The notes beneath the pieces are model-generated. The model was given only the letters and a program-made list of their open reading frames with translations, was not told the DNA's origin and did no database searches. Below, one piece after another: positions 26,044 through 33,865 of a stretch of 34,140 bases of DNA. The DNA is from Dehalococcoidia bacterium (GTDB lineage: Bacteria > Chloroflexota > Dehalococcoidia > GIF9 > AB-539-J10). The number at the start of each line of letters is the position of its first letter. The stretch's first letter is position 1. The position numbers and the translations under genes are program-made. Location: contig SOJB01000017.1 of the NCBI GenBank assembly GCA_004376695.1, forward strand, positions 1-34,140. Reading direction: 5' to 3'.

Positions 26044-26973
26044 ATGCGAATCGAGCGAGAGCTAGCTAGCATAGCTCCCGAAAGAGAAACACTTCTTACC
26101 ATGGGCGTGTTTGACGGTGTCCACGCCGGGCATCGCTACCTGCTGGAACGATTGCAGCTACGAGCGGCGGAGAAATCCCTGCTTAGCGCAGTACTTACCT
26201 TCAACCCTCATCCTCAATCGGTGTTACATCCGCAGAGTCAACTGCGCTGGCTAGGCGATGTGGAAGACAGAGTCAAGTCCCTTCAAGGGCTAGGCATAAA
26301 CCTGGTCGCAGTGCTCACATTCAGTCCCGAGGTAGCCCGGCTGAGTGCCCGCGAGTTCATATCCTTAGTTAAGAAATACTTCAGGATGCACGGCGTTATG
26401 GTGGGACCTGACTTCGGATTGGGACGAGGACGGGAAGGCAGTATTCACCTGCTCCGCACGCTGGGACGCGAACTGGAGTTCAGCGTGGAAACTATCCCTC
26501 CTTACACGATGAACGGCGAAGTAGTGAGCAGCACTCTTATCCGCCAGGCATTAGCTGAAGGAGATACGAGAAAGGTACACAGATTAATGGGGCGCTATTT
26601 CCATGTTCGAGGCACAGTTATCACTTCCGACAAACGCGGACGAGTTCTGGGCTTTCCCACCGCAAATCTGGACATCAATCCGCAGCAAGCCTTACCAGGC
26701 AACGGAATCTATGCTACTATCACTCGGATAGATGGCAAGCAATTCACTTCAGCAACTAGCATCGGCACCCGCCCTACCTTTGGTGGCGGAAAGGAGACGG
26801 TGGAAACCTATTTGTTGGACTATGACGGGGATCTGTATGGCAAGGAGATGACGGTGGAGTTTGTGCAGAGACTGAGGGATGAACAGTGCTTTTCCTCTTC
26901 GGAGGAACTGAAGATGCAGATCGAAAAAGATGTTCGAGAGGTAGAGTCAATCCTAGCCAAGGAAGCGAGATGA
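26044..26973 (+). CDS. ribF: bifunctional riboflavin kinase / FMN adenylyltransferase
   Basis: GVFDGVHAGHRYLL nucleotidyltransferase motif and a C-terminal riboflavin kinase (GFPTANL, PTFGG, VEFVQRLRDEQCF). Confidence 0.92.
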   Translation: MRIERELASIAPERETLLTMGVFDGVHAGHRYLLERLQLRAAEKSLLSAVLTFNPHPQSVLHPQSQLRWLGDVEDRVKSLQGLGINLVAVLTFSPEVARLSAREFISLVKKYFRMHGVMVGPDFGLGRGREGSIHLLRTLGRELEFSVETIPPYTMNGEVVSSTLIRQALAEGDTRKVHRLMGRYFHVRGTVITSDKRGRVLGFPTANLDINPQQALPGNGIYATITRIDGKQFTSATSIGTRPTFGGGKETVETYLLDYDGDLYGKEMTVEFVQRLRDEQCFSSSEELKMQIEKDVREVESILAKEAR

Positions 26974-28178
26974 CTAAGGCAGAGCCTACAGGCATACTAA
27001 CGCGAGGCGTAGCCGAGATCATAGTTGAGTCGGAGCTGAGGGCGTTGCTGAGCTCGGGGAGAGTTTTGACGCTGAAGCAGGGTTTCGATCCCAGTGCTCC
27101 TGATATTCACCTGGGACATGTAGTCGGCCTGAGAAAGCTGCGTCAGTTTCAAGAACTGGGACATAAAGTAACTCTCATAGTCGGCGACTGGACTGCAAGA
27201 ATCGGTGACCCCAGCGGTCAGCTGGTTACCCGCCCCATGCTCTCGGCCAGCCAGGTAGAGAACCATGCTCAGACCTACATGGAACAATTCTTCAGGGTGG
27301 TTGACAGGGACAATACGGAGCTAAGATGGCAAAGCGAGTGGTTCTCCCGCTTCACTCTGGATGAAGTGATCAAACTCACGGGTAGATTCACTGTGGCGCA
27401 GGTCCTGGCCAGAGAGGATTTTAGCAGGCGGTATGGTTCCGGCAACCCGATATCTCTGGCCGAGATGCTTTATCCCTTGCTTCAAAGCTATGATTCGGTA
27501 GCTATCAGAGCCGACGTGGAATTCGGCGGCATGGATCAGAAATTCAACTGTCTTATGGGCAGAGAGCTGCAGCGGAGCATGGGACAGCACCCTCAGCAGG
27601 TCTTTCTTGTTCCCCTCTTGATCGGTACGGATGGCAAACAGAAGATGAGCAAGAGCTTGAAGAACCACATAGGCGTCGCTGAACCTCCGCAAGAAGTATA
27701 TGGTAAGGTTATGTCCATCCCCGACCATCTTATCCTGGATTATTTTGAGCTGGTGACCGACGTTCCTGAAGAGGAAATCGCTGAGGTCAGGCAGCAGCTG
27801 AAAACTGATTCAGTTAACCCCATGAACCTTAAGAAACGATTGGCGTATGAGATTGTAAGGCAGTTCCACGGCAAACGGGCAGCGGATGAGGCACAAGAAC
27901 ATTTCACCCACGTATTCCAGAAGAGGGATACACCGGACGAGGCACCCGAATATGCTTTTGCCGCTAGCTATATCGGGAATGGACTCTTCCAGCTCGACAT
28001 CGCTCCAACACTGATCAGAGAAGGATTAGTTAAGGGTATCGGCGAGCTGAAGCGGCTCCTTGCCCAAGACGCAATCGAAGTAGATGGCAGCAAAATAAGC
28101 GGCACTACCGTCAATGCCCGCCAGGGCAGCATCATAAAGATAGGAAAACGCCGCTTTGTCAGGATTGCTATTGAGTAA
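26970..28178 (+). CDS. tyrS: tyrosine--tRNA ligase
   Basis: HLGH and KMSKS class-I motifs, GDPSG, and a C-terminal S4-like domain. ATG 26970 makes an ATGA overlap with ribF. The track ORF from 26886 is an upstream extension. Confidence 0.92.
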   Translation: MTKAEPTGILTRGVAEIIVESELRALLSSGRVLTLKQGFDPSAPDIHLGHVVGLRKLRQFQELGHKVTLIVGDWTARIGDPSGQLVTRPMLSASQVENHAQTYMEQFFRVVDRDNTELRWQSEWFSRFTLDEVIKLTGRFTVAQVLAREDFSRRYGSGNPISLAEMLYPLLQSYDSVAIRADVEFGGMDQKFNCLMGRELQRSMGQHPQQVFLVPLLIGTDGKQKMSKSLKNHIGVAEPPQEVYGKVMSIPDHLILDYFELVTDVPEEEIAEVRQQLKTDSVNPMNLKKRLAYEIVRQFHGKRAADEAQEHFTHVFQKRDTPDEAPEYAFAASYIGNGLFQLDIAPTLIREGLVKGIGELKRLLAQDAIEVDGSKISGTTVNARQGSIIKIGKRRFVRIAIE

Positions 28179-28201
28179 CCAAGGTCTCATGTCATCCTGA
28201 A

Positions 28202-28219
28202 CCAGAGCAGAAGCTCTGG
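28202..28219 (+). terminator. GC-rich hairpin after tyrS (ccagagc-agaa-gctctgg) without a U-tract
   Basis: A 7-bp perfect stem read directly, 24 nt after the tyrS stop. Its terminator function is uncertain. Confidence 0.2.
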
Positions 28220-28293
28220 ATCGCGATGGAATCAGGGTCAGACTCCTCGCCTGGCTGATAATGACAGGGACAGTGAACAGGAGGAAACAAGAG

Positions 28294-29376
28294 ATGCAGC
28301 TACGGATTCCGGGGCCAACACCGTGCCCACCACAGGCTCTTCAGGCCATGGGGCAGCAGATGGTGAACCATCGGGGGGACAGGTTTGTCAAGATCCTAAA
28401 GTCAATAACGGAGAGACTAAAACAGGTATTCCAGACTAAAGGAGATGTTTTGTTACTTACCGCTTCCGGCACCGGCGGCATGGAGGCGGCCATTGTCAAT
28501 ACTCTGTCACCTGGTGACAAGGTTCTGTCCATAACCAACGGATTCTTCGGTGAGCGATTTCTGGATATCGCCAGGGCGTACGGTGCCGAGGTGATCGCCC
28601 TTGGTTTTGAATGGGGCAAGCCGGTTGATCCTGATGCGATAGCTGGGGCATTAAGGGCGAATAGTGACATCAAGGCGGTGTTGGTAGTGCACAATGAGAC
28701 ATCCACAGGGATGACAAACGACCTCCGCGAGATAAGCTCCGTGGTTAAGACGTTTGACAAACTTCTACTGGTTGACGCTATCTCAAGCCTCGGTTGCATC
28801 AATCTGCCTGTCGATGAGTGGAATTGTGATGTAGTGGTTACCGGTTCTCAAAAAGGATGGATGGTTCCTCCGGGACTAGCCATGGTTAGCGTATCCGAAA
28901 GAGCGTGGCAGGCCCATGCCCGGGCCAGGATGCCCCGCTGTTACTGGGATTTCACGTTAGCTAAGGAGCATCTCCAGAAAGGGCAAACTCCCTGGACACC
29001 AGCGGTCTCTCTCTGCTATGCCCTGGATGCCACTCTGGATCTGATGCTGGGCGAGGGACTGGACAATATATTCGCCCGCCATGCCCGTGTAGCCCAACTG
29101 ACCAGAAACGGAGTGAAATCACTGGGCCTCTCTCTGTTCTGTGACGAGAAATATGCTTCCAACACAGTGACGGCCGTCAACCCTTCAGGCCGGATTGACG
29201 TCTCCAGGCTAATCCGGGTACTCGAAGATGAGCATGACGTGATTATTGGTGGGGGGCAGGAGAGGCTGTCGGGCAAGATATTTCGCATTGGCCACCTCGG
29301 TTTTGTTTGTGAGGACGATATGGAGTCAGTACTGGAGGCTTTGGGTAAGGCCCTGCCGCTAGCGAAGAAAGCGTGA
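28294..29376 (+). CDS. class-V pyridoxal-phosphate aminotransferase (serine-pyruvate/alanine-glyoxylate/phosphoserine aminotransferase-like)
   Basis: MQLRIPGPTP N-terminus, SGTGGMEAA, and PLP-Lys context TGSQKGW. AGGAGG lies 9 nt before ATG 28294. Confidence 0.85.
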   Translation: MQLRIPGPTPCPPQALQAMGQQMVNHRGDRFVKILKSITERLKQVFQTKGDVLLLTASGTGGMEAAIVNTLSPGDKVLSITNGFFGERFLDIARAYGAEVIALGFEWGKPVDPDAIAGALRANSDIKAVLVVHNETSTGMTNDLREISSVVKTFDKLLLVDAISSLGCINLPVDEWNCDVVVTGSQKGWMVPPGLAMVSVSERAWQAHARARMPRCYWDFTLAKEHLQKGQTPWTPAVSLCYALDATLDLMLGEGLDNIFARHARVAQLTRNGVKSLGLSLFCDEKYASNTVTAVNPSGRIDVSRLIRVLEDEHDVIIGGGQERLSGKIFRIGHLGFVCEDDMESVLEALGKALPLAKKA

Positions 29377-29716
29377 GCACTGAAACTGAAAGCCATGGGC
29401 TGTCAACCTGTAAGTTGCTTCCTGCGTTCGCCCGATAACCACCCAGTGCAATCCCGCCAGGCTCGTGCCATCCTGATCAGAGATGAGTCGATGTAGCCTT
29501 TCACCGCCAAGTGCTTTCGCCAGTTTTCCCGGGCGAAGTCACTGGAACCTGCCATCTTCTGGCTATCTTACTTAGTCTCATTGCCGAGTCGCCCGCTATG
29601 GGCGCTGCAATGGAGACATTCATCAATTGACCCTGTCCGCCCAGATATGATCCTGATGAGCAAGGCGATGAAGAGCCCGGATTTGTCGGGATGGAGATCT
29701 GGATCGCCTGCTAAAC

Positions 29717-30166
29717 CTAGCAGGCAGCAAGCAATTCTGAGACTATCTCGCTGACTTCTTTGCCATCCGCCTTGCCTTTGAGTTGAGGCATAAGCTGAGA
29801 CATGACTTTTCCTCTGTCGCCCGGCCCCCTGGCCCCGACTGCATCAATTACCTGCCGTGCTGCTGATATTATCTCCTCTCGGCTCATCTGCTGAGGAAGA
29901 TAACTCATAAGAACAGCCAGTTCTGCCTCCTCCTGTGCCACCAGATCGCTACGATTCCCCCGCTCAAAAGCATCGATACTCTCTCGGCGGCGTTTTGCTT
30001 CCCTGGCAATAACATCAAGCACTCTGCTATCGTCGGCCGGCTTTTGCTGAGCAATCTCAGCATACTTTATTTCCGATAACAACAACCTTAATGTAGCAAC
30101 CTCGGTTCTCTGTTGCTTCTTGAGCGCCTCTTTGAGGGCTTCCCGGATGCTGTCCTTCAGTGCCAT
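29717..30166 (-). CDS. yqeY: GatB/YqeY domain protein
   Basis: MALKDSIREALKEALKK...TLRLLLSEIK... is the typical YqeY pattern. It starts 7 nt downstream of rpsU, the classic rpsU-yqeY pairing. Confidence 0.88.
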   Translation of the reverse strand: MALKDSIREALKEALKKQQRTEVATLRLLLSEIKYAEIAQQKPADDSRVLDVIAREAKRRRESIDAFERGNRSDLVAQEEAELAVLMSYLPQQMSREEIISAARQVIDAVGARGPGDRGKVMSQLMPQLKGKADGKEVSEIVSELLAAC

Positions 30167-30173
30167 TTCCTGG

Positions 30174-30350
30174 CTATCTAGAAGTCTTCCGCCTTTTCGC
30201 TGCCGCCTTCTTCTTCCTCTCTACACTGGGTTTTTCGTAGTGCCTGCGGCGGCGAACTTCAGCTAGAATGCGATCTTGCTGCACCTGCCTGTTGAACCTG
30301 CGCAGCAGGGCCTCGAAACTCTCCCCTGAACCAAGCTTTACATCTGCCAT
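30174..30350 (-). CDS. rpsU: 30S ribosomal protein S21
   Basis: Below the track size cut-off. My translation: MADVKLGSGESFEALLRRFNRQVQQDRILAEVRRRRHYEKPSVERKKKAAAKRRKTSR (58 aa), the canonical S21 pattern. Confidence 0.9.
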   Translation of the reverse strand: MADVKLGSGESFEALLRRFNRQVQQDRILAEVRRRRHYEKPSVERKKKAAAKRRKTSR

Positions 30351-30365
30351 ATCAAAACAGACCGT

Positions 30366-30394
30366 ATTTTACGCCCATTACTCCAGTGTGTCAA
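30366..30394 (-). promoter_or_regulatory. near-consensus promoter for rpsU (TTGACA-N17-TAAAAT) only 15 nt from the ATG
   Basis: On the reverse strand: ttgaca (30394-30389), 17-nt spacer, taaaat (30371-30366), then acggtctgttttgat ATG. No SD is visible. Confidence 0.5.
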
Positions 30395-30446
30395 TTACGG
30401 AAAACTCCATGCTGGTTGGCATGGAGAGGTAGAAGCGAGGAGAATT

Positions 30447-30465
30447 CCCGCAGCGCTCCTGCGGG
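30447..30465. repeat. perfect 7-bp inverted repeat CCCGCAG-cgctc-CTGCGGG in the rpsU / repeat-protein divergent spacer
   Basis: Read directly. A second hairpin, ccatgc-tggttg-gcatgg, lies at 30407-30424. Confidence 0.6.
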
Positions 30466-30589
30466 GAACTCAGGCATGCGAGGCAAGACGACTCGTGGCA
30501 GGGGCAACGCCAACAGCGGTAGATTGAGCCACGATAGTTGACAGATAGCAGCAAGATGTGATAACAATATTGTCCTTGGGGGAGAGAAG

Positions 30590-30991
30590 ATGGCATCAAA
30601 CAAGAGAAGGCTCAAGCGTGAGTCCATAATCAGGTCCCTCGCAGAAAAGTGGTTCTCCGCTTTTGTGAAACTAGTAGACAGATATGCGCCGGATAGGCTG
30701 CTGCTCTTTGCCCTCAATTTCCTGGATAAGCGTGTGCCGAACAAGCTGATTACTTTGGCAATCAACGCGGCCGAGAAACTGGTTCCTCGTAAGCTGCGCT
30801 CTACTGCCATTGCTGCCGCCGATGAGTATGTCCCTGACGCCGTGGCGAATTCGAGAAAGACTTGCACTGTCATCGCCGCGGTAGGGAAGTATATCCCGGA
30901 TGAGATAATACCCCCGGAGTCGGCAGAAACCTGGGAGAATCTCAAGACGAAACTTCATATCCCGAAACTGATATCAAACAAGCAGAAGTGA
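30590..30991 (+). CDS. 133-aa basic protein with six copies of a [K/R/E/H]-[Y/V/L/I]-[V/A/I]-P-[D/N/R/K] motif (three at exact 16-residue spacing); no family recognised
   Basis: GGGGGAGAG SD sits 3 nt before the ATG. Motifs RYAPDRL, KRVPNKL, KLVPRKL, EYVPDAV, KYIPDEI, LHIPKLI have their Pro at residues 34, 50, 66, 82, 103, 125. Confidence 0.6.
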   Translation: MASNKRRLKRESIIRSLAEKWFSAFVKLVDRYAPDRLLLFALNFLDKRVPNKLITLAINAAEKLVPRKLRSTAIAAADEYVPDAVANSRKTCTVIAAVGKYIPDEIIPPESAETWENLKTKLHIPKLISNKQK

Positions 30992-31063
30992 GCGCGCGGG
31001 GTAGATGCAGGTGTCTTCGCCATAGCTCCTCACGATGTTGGTGAGGAAGAAGTGTGGTATTGA

Positions 31064-32113
31064 ATGCAGTACGAAAAGGTCCGTCTGGAGTCGTTTGGTT
31101 ATGAACTCCCTGAGCATGTCGTCACATCCTTGAGCCTGGAAGAAAGGCTGGCCCCAATATACGACAAGCTGAATCTCTCCTACGGGCGCCTGGAAATGCT
31201 GACCGGAATCCGAGAACGGCGATTCTGGGATGATTATATGACGCCCAGCCAAGCCAGTATGAGAGCGGCAGAAAAGGCCATCAGCGAATCCGGGATCGAC
31301 AAAGAGGATATCGGATGCCTGCTCCATACTTCTGTATCCCGCGATTTCCTGGAGCCGGCGACAGCTACCGTGGTTCATGACTCCTTGGGACTCCCTCCCG
31401 CAGCCATGATCTTCGATATCTCCAACGCCTGTCTGGGTTTCATCAACGGCATGGTAACTCTGGCAAATATGATTGAGCTGGGCCAGGTGAAGGCAGGCAT
31501 CGTCGTTGGCTGTGAGAACAGCAAACGGCTTATCGACACAACAATCGAAAAGCTACTGAGGGACCCCCACATCACGAGAGCCAAGCTGAAACTCGCCTTT
31601 GCTACTCTGACCCTGGGTTCCGGAGCAGTGGCGGCCGTGTTGACCCATTCTTCTCTATCGCGAGACGGTCATAAGCTCCTGGGAGGAGTAACACGCGCTG
31701 CTTCACAACATAATGGTCTCTGTCGTATAGAAGCCGACGCTTCTTTCCTCGATCTGGATGAGCTCCCGGATATGCGCACAGATTACGAAGGCGTCCTGAA
31801 AAACGGACTGAGGCTGGCTCCTGACACCTGGGAGGCCATCAAGCAAGAGCTCAAATGGAAGAACTCGGATGTCGATAAGCTCTTTACCCACCAGGTTAGC
31901 GCTGCGCATAGTAAGCTGCTATTCGAGGCTTTGGGGCTGGATACTGCAAGAGACTTCTCCACCCTAGAGTATCTGGGAAACGTTGGGTCGGTTTCCCTTC
32001 CCATTACCATGGCTATCGGAAATGACCAGGGTCGCCTTAACACTGGCGACAAGGTTGCTGCGCTCGGGATTGGCAGCGGCCTGGTTTGTCTTATGCTGGG
32101 TCTGGAGTGGTAG
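31064..32113 (+). CDS. 3-oxoacyl-ACP synthase III (FabH)-like condensing enzyme
   Basis: 349 aa with a Cys-His-Asn triad context (DISNACLGF, FTHQVS, YLGNVGSVS) and a C-terminal GIGSGL block. Confidence 0.8.
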   Translation: MQYEKVRLESFGYELPEHVVTSLSLEERLAPIYDKLNLSYGRLEMLTGIRERRFWDDYMTPSQASMRAAEKAISESGIDKEDIGCLLHTSVSRDFLEPATATVVHDSLGLPPAAMIFDISNACLGFINGMVTLANMIELGQVKAGIVVGCENSKRLIDTTIEKLLRDPHITRAKLKLAFATLTLGSGAVAAVLTHSSLSRDGHKLLGGVTRAASQHNGLCRIEADASFLDLDELPDMRTDYEGVLKNGLRLAPDTWEAIKQELKWKNSDVDKLFTHQVSAAHSKLLFEALGLDTARDFSTLEYLGNVGSVSLPITMAIGNDQGRLNTGDKVAALGIGSGLVCLMLGLEW

Positions 32114-32228
32114 CATGGGGAAATGACCCTGACGAGATGAGCTCAGGGGAATACTCCTTCAGACAGCGATGCAATCAGATTTCTCCCGGCCGTGTCCGTA
32201 TCTGCACTTTTGATGGGAGTTTTATCCT

Positions 32229-33479
32229 GTGGTGGCAAAGAAGAGTGATGAAAGACGAATTGTAATAACCGGGGTTGGCCTCACGGCGCCAAACGGGAAT
32301 AACCTAACGGAATTCCGGCGGAGTCTCCTCGACGGCAAATCCGGGGTGCAGAAATTCCAGGTCCGCTATATGGGTGAGGTGCTGGCCGGTATATGTCACT
32401 TCGACCCACTAAAGTATCAGAAGAAGAAGGAATTGCGCCGCGGGACGAGGGCAGGGTCTATTGCTATCTACTGCGCCCAAGAGGCAATCGCCGATGCCAG
32501 ATTGGACCTTGCTTGCCTCGATAAATCCAGGATTGGTGTCTACCTTGGGATTACTGAGCATGGCACCGTGGAGACCGAAAACGAAATCTATGAGATCAAG
32601 CAATTCGACTACGACGTAAAATACTGGTCCCACCATCATAATCCAAGGGTGGTAGCCAATAATCCCGCCGGTGAAGTCACATTGAATATGGGGATTACCG
32701 GACCGCACTATACTCTGGGGGCCGCTTGTGCCGGCGGTAACATTGGGCTCACACAGGGCCTACAAATGCTGTTGCTGAACGAAGTCGACTTGGCTCTGGG
32801 TGGCGGGGTTTCGGAAAGTGCCGCTTCCTTCGGTATTTTTGCTGGCTTCAGAAGTGAAGGGGCTCTGGCTTCCCATCCAAACCCTGAGAAGGCATGCCGT
32901 CCCTTTGACAAGGATCGGAATGGCGTGGTTGTTGCAGAAGGCGGCGGTATTTTCGTTCTGGAAAGACTGAGCGATGCGCGGAAAAGGGAGGCCAGGATCT
33001 ACGGCGAAATCGTAGGCTATGCTGTCAACTCGGATGCGCTGGACTTTATTTTCCCCAGCGCGGAGAGACAGGTTCAGTGCATGAAACTCTCTCTTAACAA
33101 AGCCGGCATATCTCCAGAAGATATCGATATCATCAATACCCACGGGACGGGCACCGCTGAAGGAGACCCTGTGGAGTGCCAGGCGATTAGAGAGGTCTTC
33201 GGCGAATATCCCCATGCTCATATAAACAACACCAAGAGCTTCATTGGTCATGCCATGGGTGCCGCCGGCGCGCTGGAACTGGCCGGTAACTTACCCTCTT
33301 TTGAGGACTATCTCGTCCATCCGACGATCAATCTGGACCACCCGGATCCTGAGTGTAAACTCAGCAACCTGGTTGTCAACGAACCAAAGAGGATTGACAA
33401 GATTGACCATATATTGAATAATTCCTTCGGAATGTTGGGCATCAATTCGGTTGTTATCGTGAAGAGATTTGAGCCATAA
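32229..33479 (+). CDS. beta-ketoacyl-ACP synthase I/II (FabF/FabB)-like
   Basis: 416 aa. RIVITGVG N-terminus and a Cys-His-His triad context (LGAACAGG, NTHGTGT, FIGHAMGAAG). GTG start. Confidence 0.85.
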   Translation: MVAKKSDERRIVITGVGLTAPNGNNLTEFRRSLLDGKSGVQKFQVRYMGEVLAGICHFDPLKYQKKKELRRGTRAGSIAIYCAQEAIADARLDLACLDKSRIGVYLGITEHGTVETENEIYEIKQFDYDVKYWSHHHNPRVVANNPAGEVTLNMGITGPHYTLGAACAGGNIGLTQGLQMLLLNEVDLALGGGVSESAASFGIFAGFRSEGALASHPNPEKACRPFDKDRNGVVVAEGGGIFVLERLSDARKREARIYGEIVGYAVNSDALDFIFPSAERQVQCMKLSLNKAGISPEDIDIINTHGTGTAEGDPVECQAIREVFGEYPHAHINNTKSFIGHAMGAAGALELAGNLPSFEDYLVHPTINLDHPDPECKLSNLVVNEPKRIDKIDHILNNSFGMLGINSVVIVKRFEP

Positions 33480-33517
33480 AACTGCAGGCATTCTTGAAAT
33501 AGATAGATTGGGGGTAC

Positions 33518-33769
33518 ATGACCAAGGAGCAAATCAGAGCCACGATTCTCGAGATCATAGCCCAAATCATACCGGACGAAGACCTGAGCAATCTGAAGGG
33601 TGACGTCGCGATACGAGAACAAGTGGAACTCGACTCAATGGACTTCTTAGATATCATTATGGAGTTGCGAAAGCGCTTCGGTATCGAAGTACCCGAGAGT
33701 GACTACACAGAACTAGCCAGCCTGGATGGCTCTGTAGCCTATCTGGAGCCACGGATGAAAGAACTCTAG
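33518..33769 (+). CDS. acyl carrier protein (dedicated, non-AcpP type)
   Basis: 83 aa. The phosphopantetheine Ser sits in ELDSMDFLDIIMEL. GGGGG SD. Confidence 0.8.
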   Translation: MTKEQIRATILEIIAQIIPDEDLSNLKGDVAIREQVELDSMDFLDIIMELRKRFGIEVPESDYTELASLDGSVAYLEPRMKEL

Positions 33770-33865
33770 TCCACAGTGCCAGCAAGCCAAGAACAGAGGC
33801 CTTTATCGGATTCTACCCGACGATTGAAGGTTCAGCTAGCCCTCGGTTTCTAGAAGAGCCTGCCC

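Noticed and set aside
30391-30945. 184-aa reverse-strand ORF, longer than the + strand 133-aa repeat-protein ORF it overlaps
   Set aside because: It has no SD and is Ser/Leu/Ala-rich with no periodicity. The + strand frame has a strong SD 3 nt from its ATG and a clear protein-level repeat. Some residual uncertainty remains and is noted in the finding.
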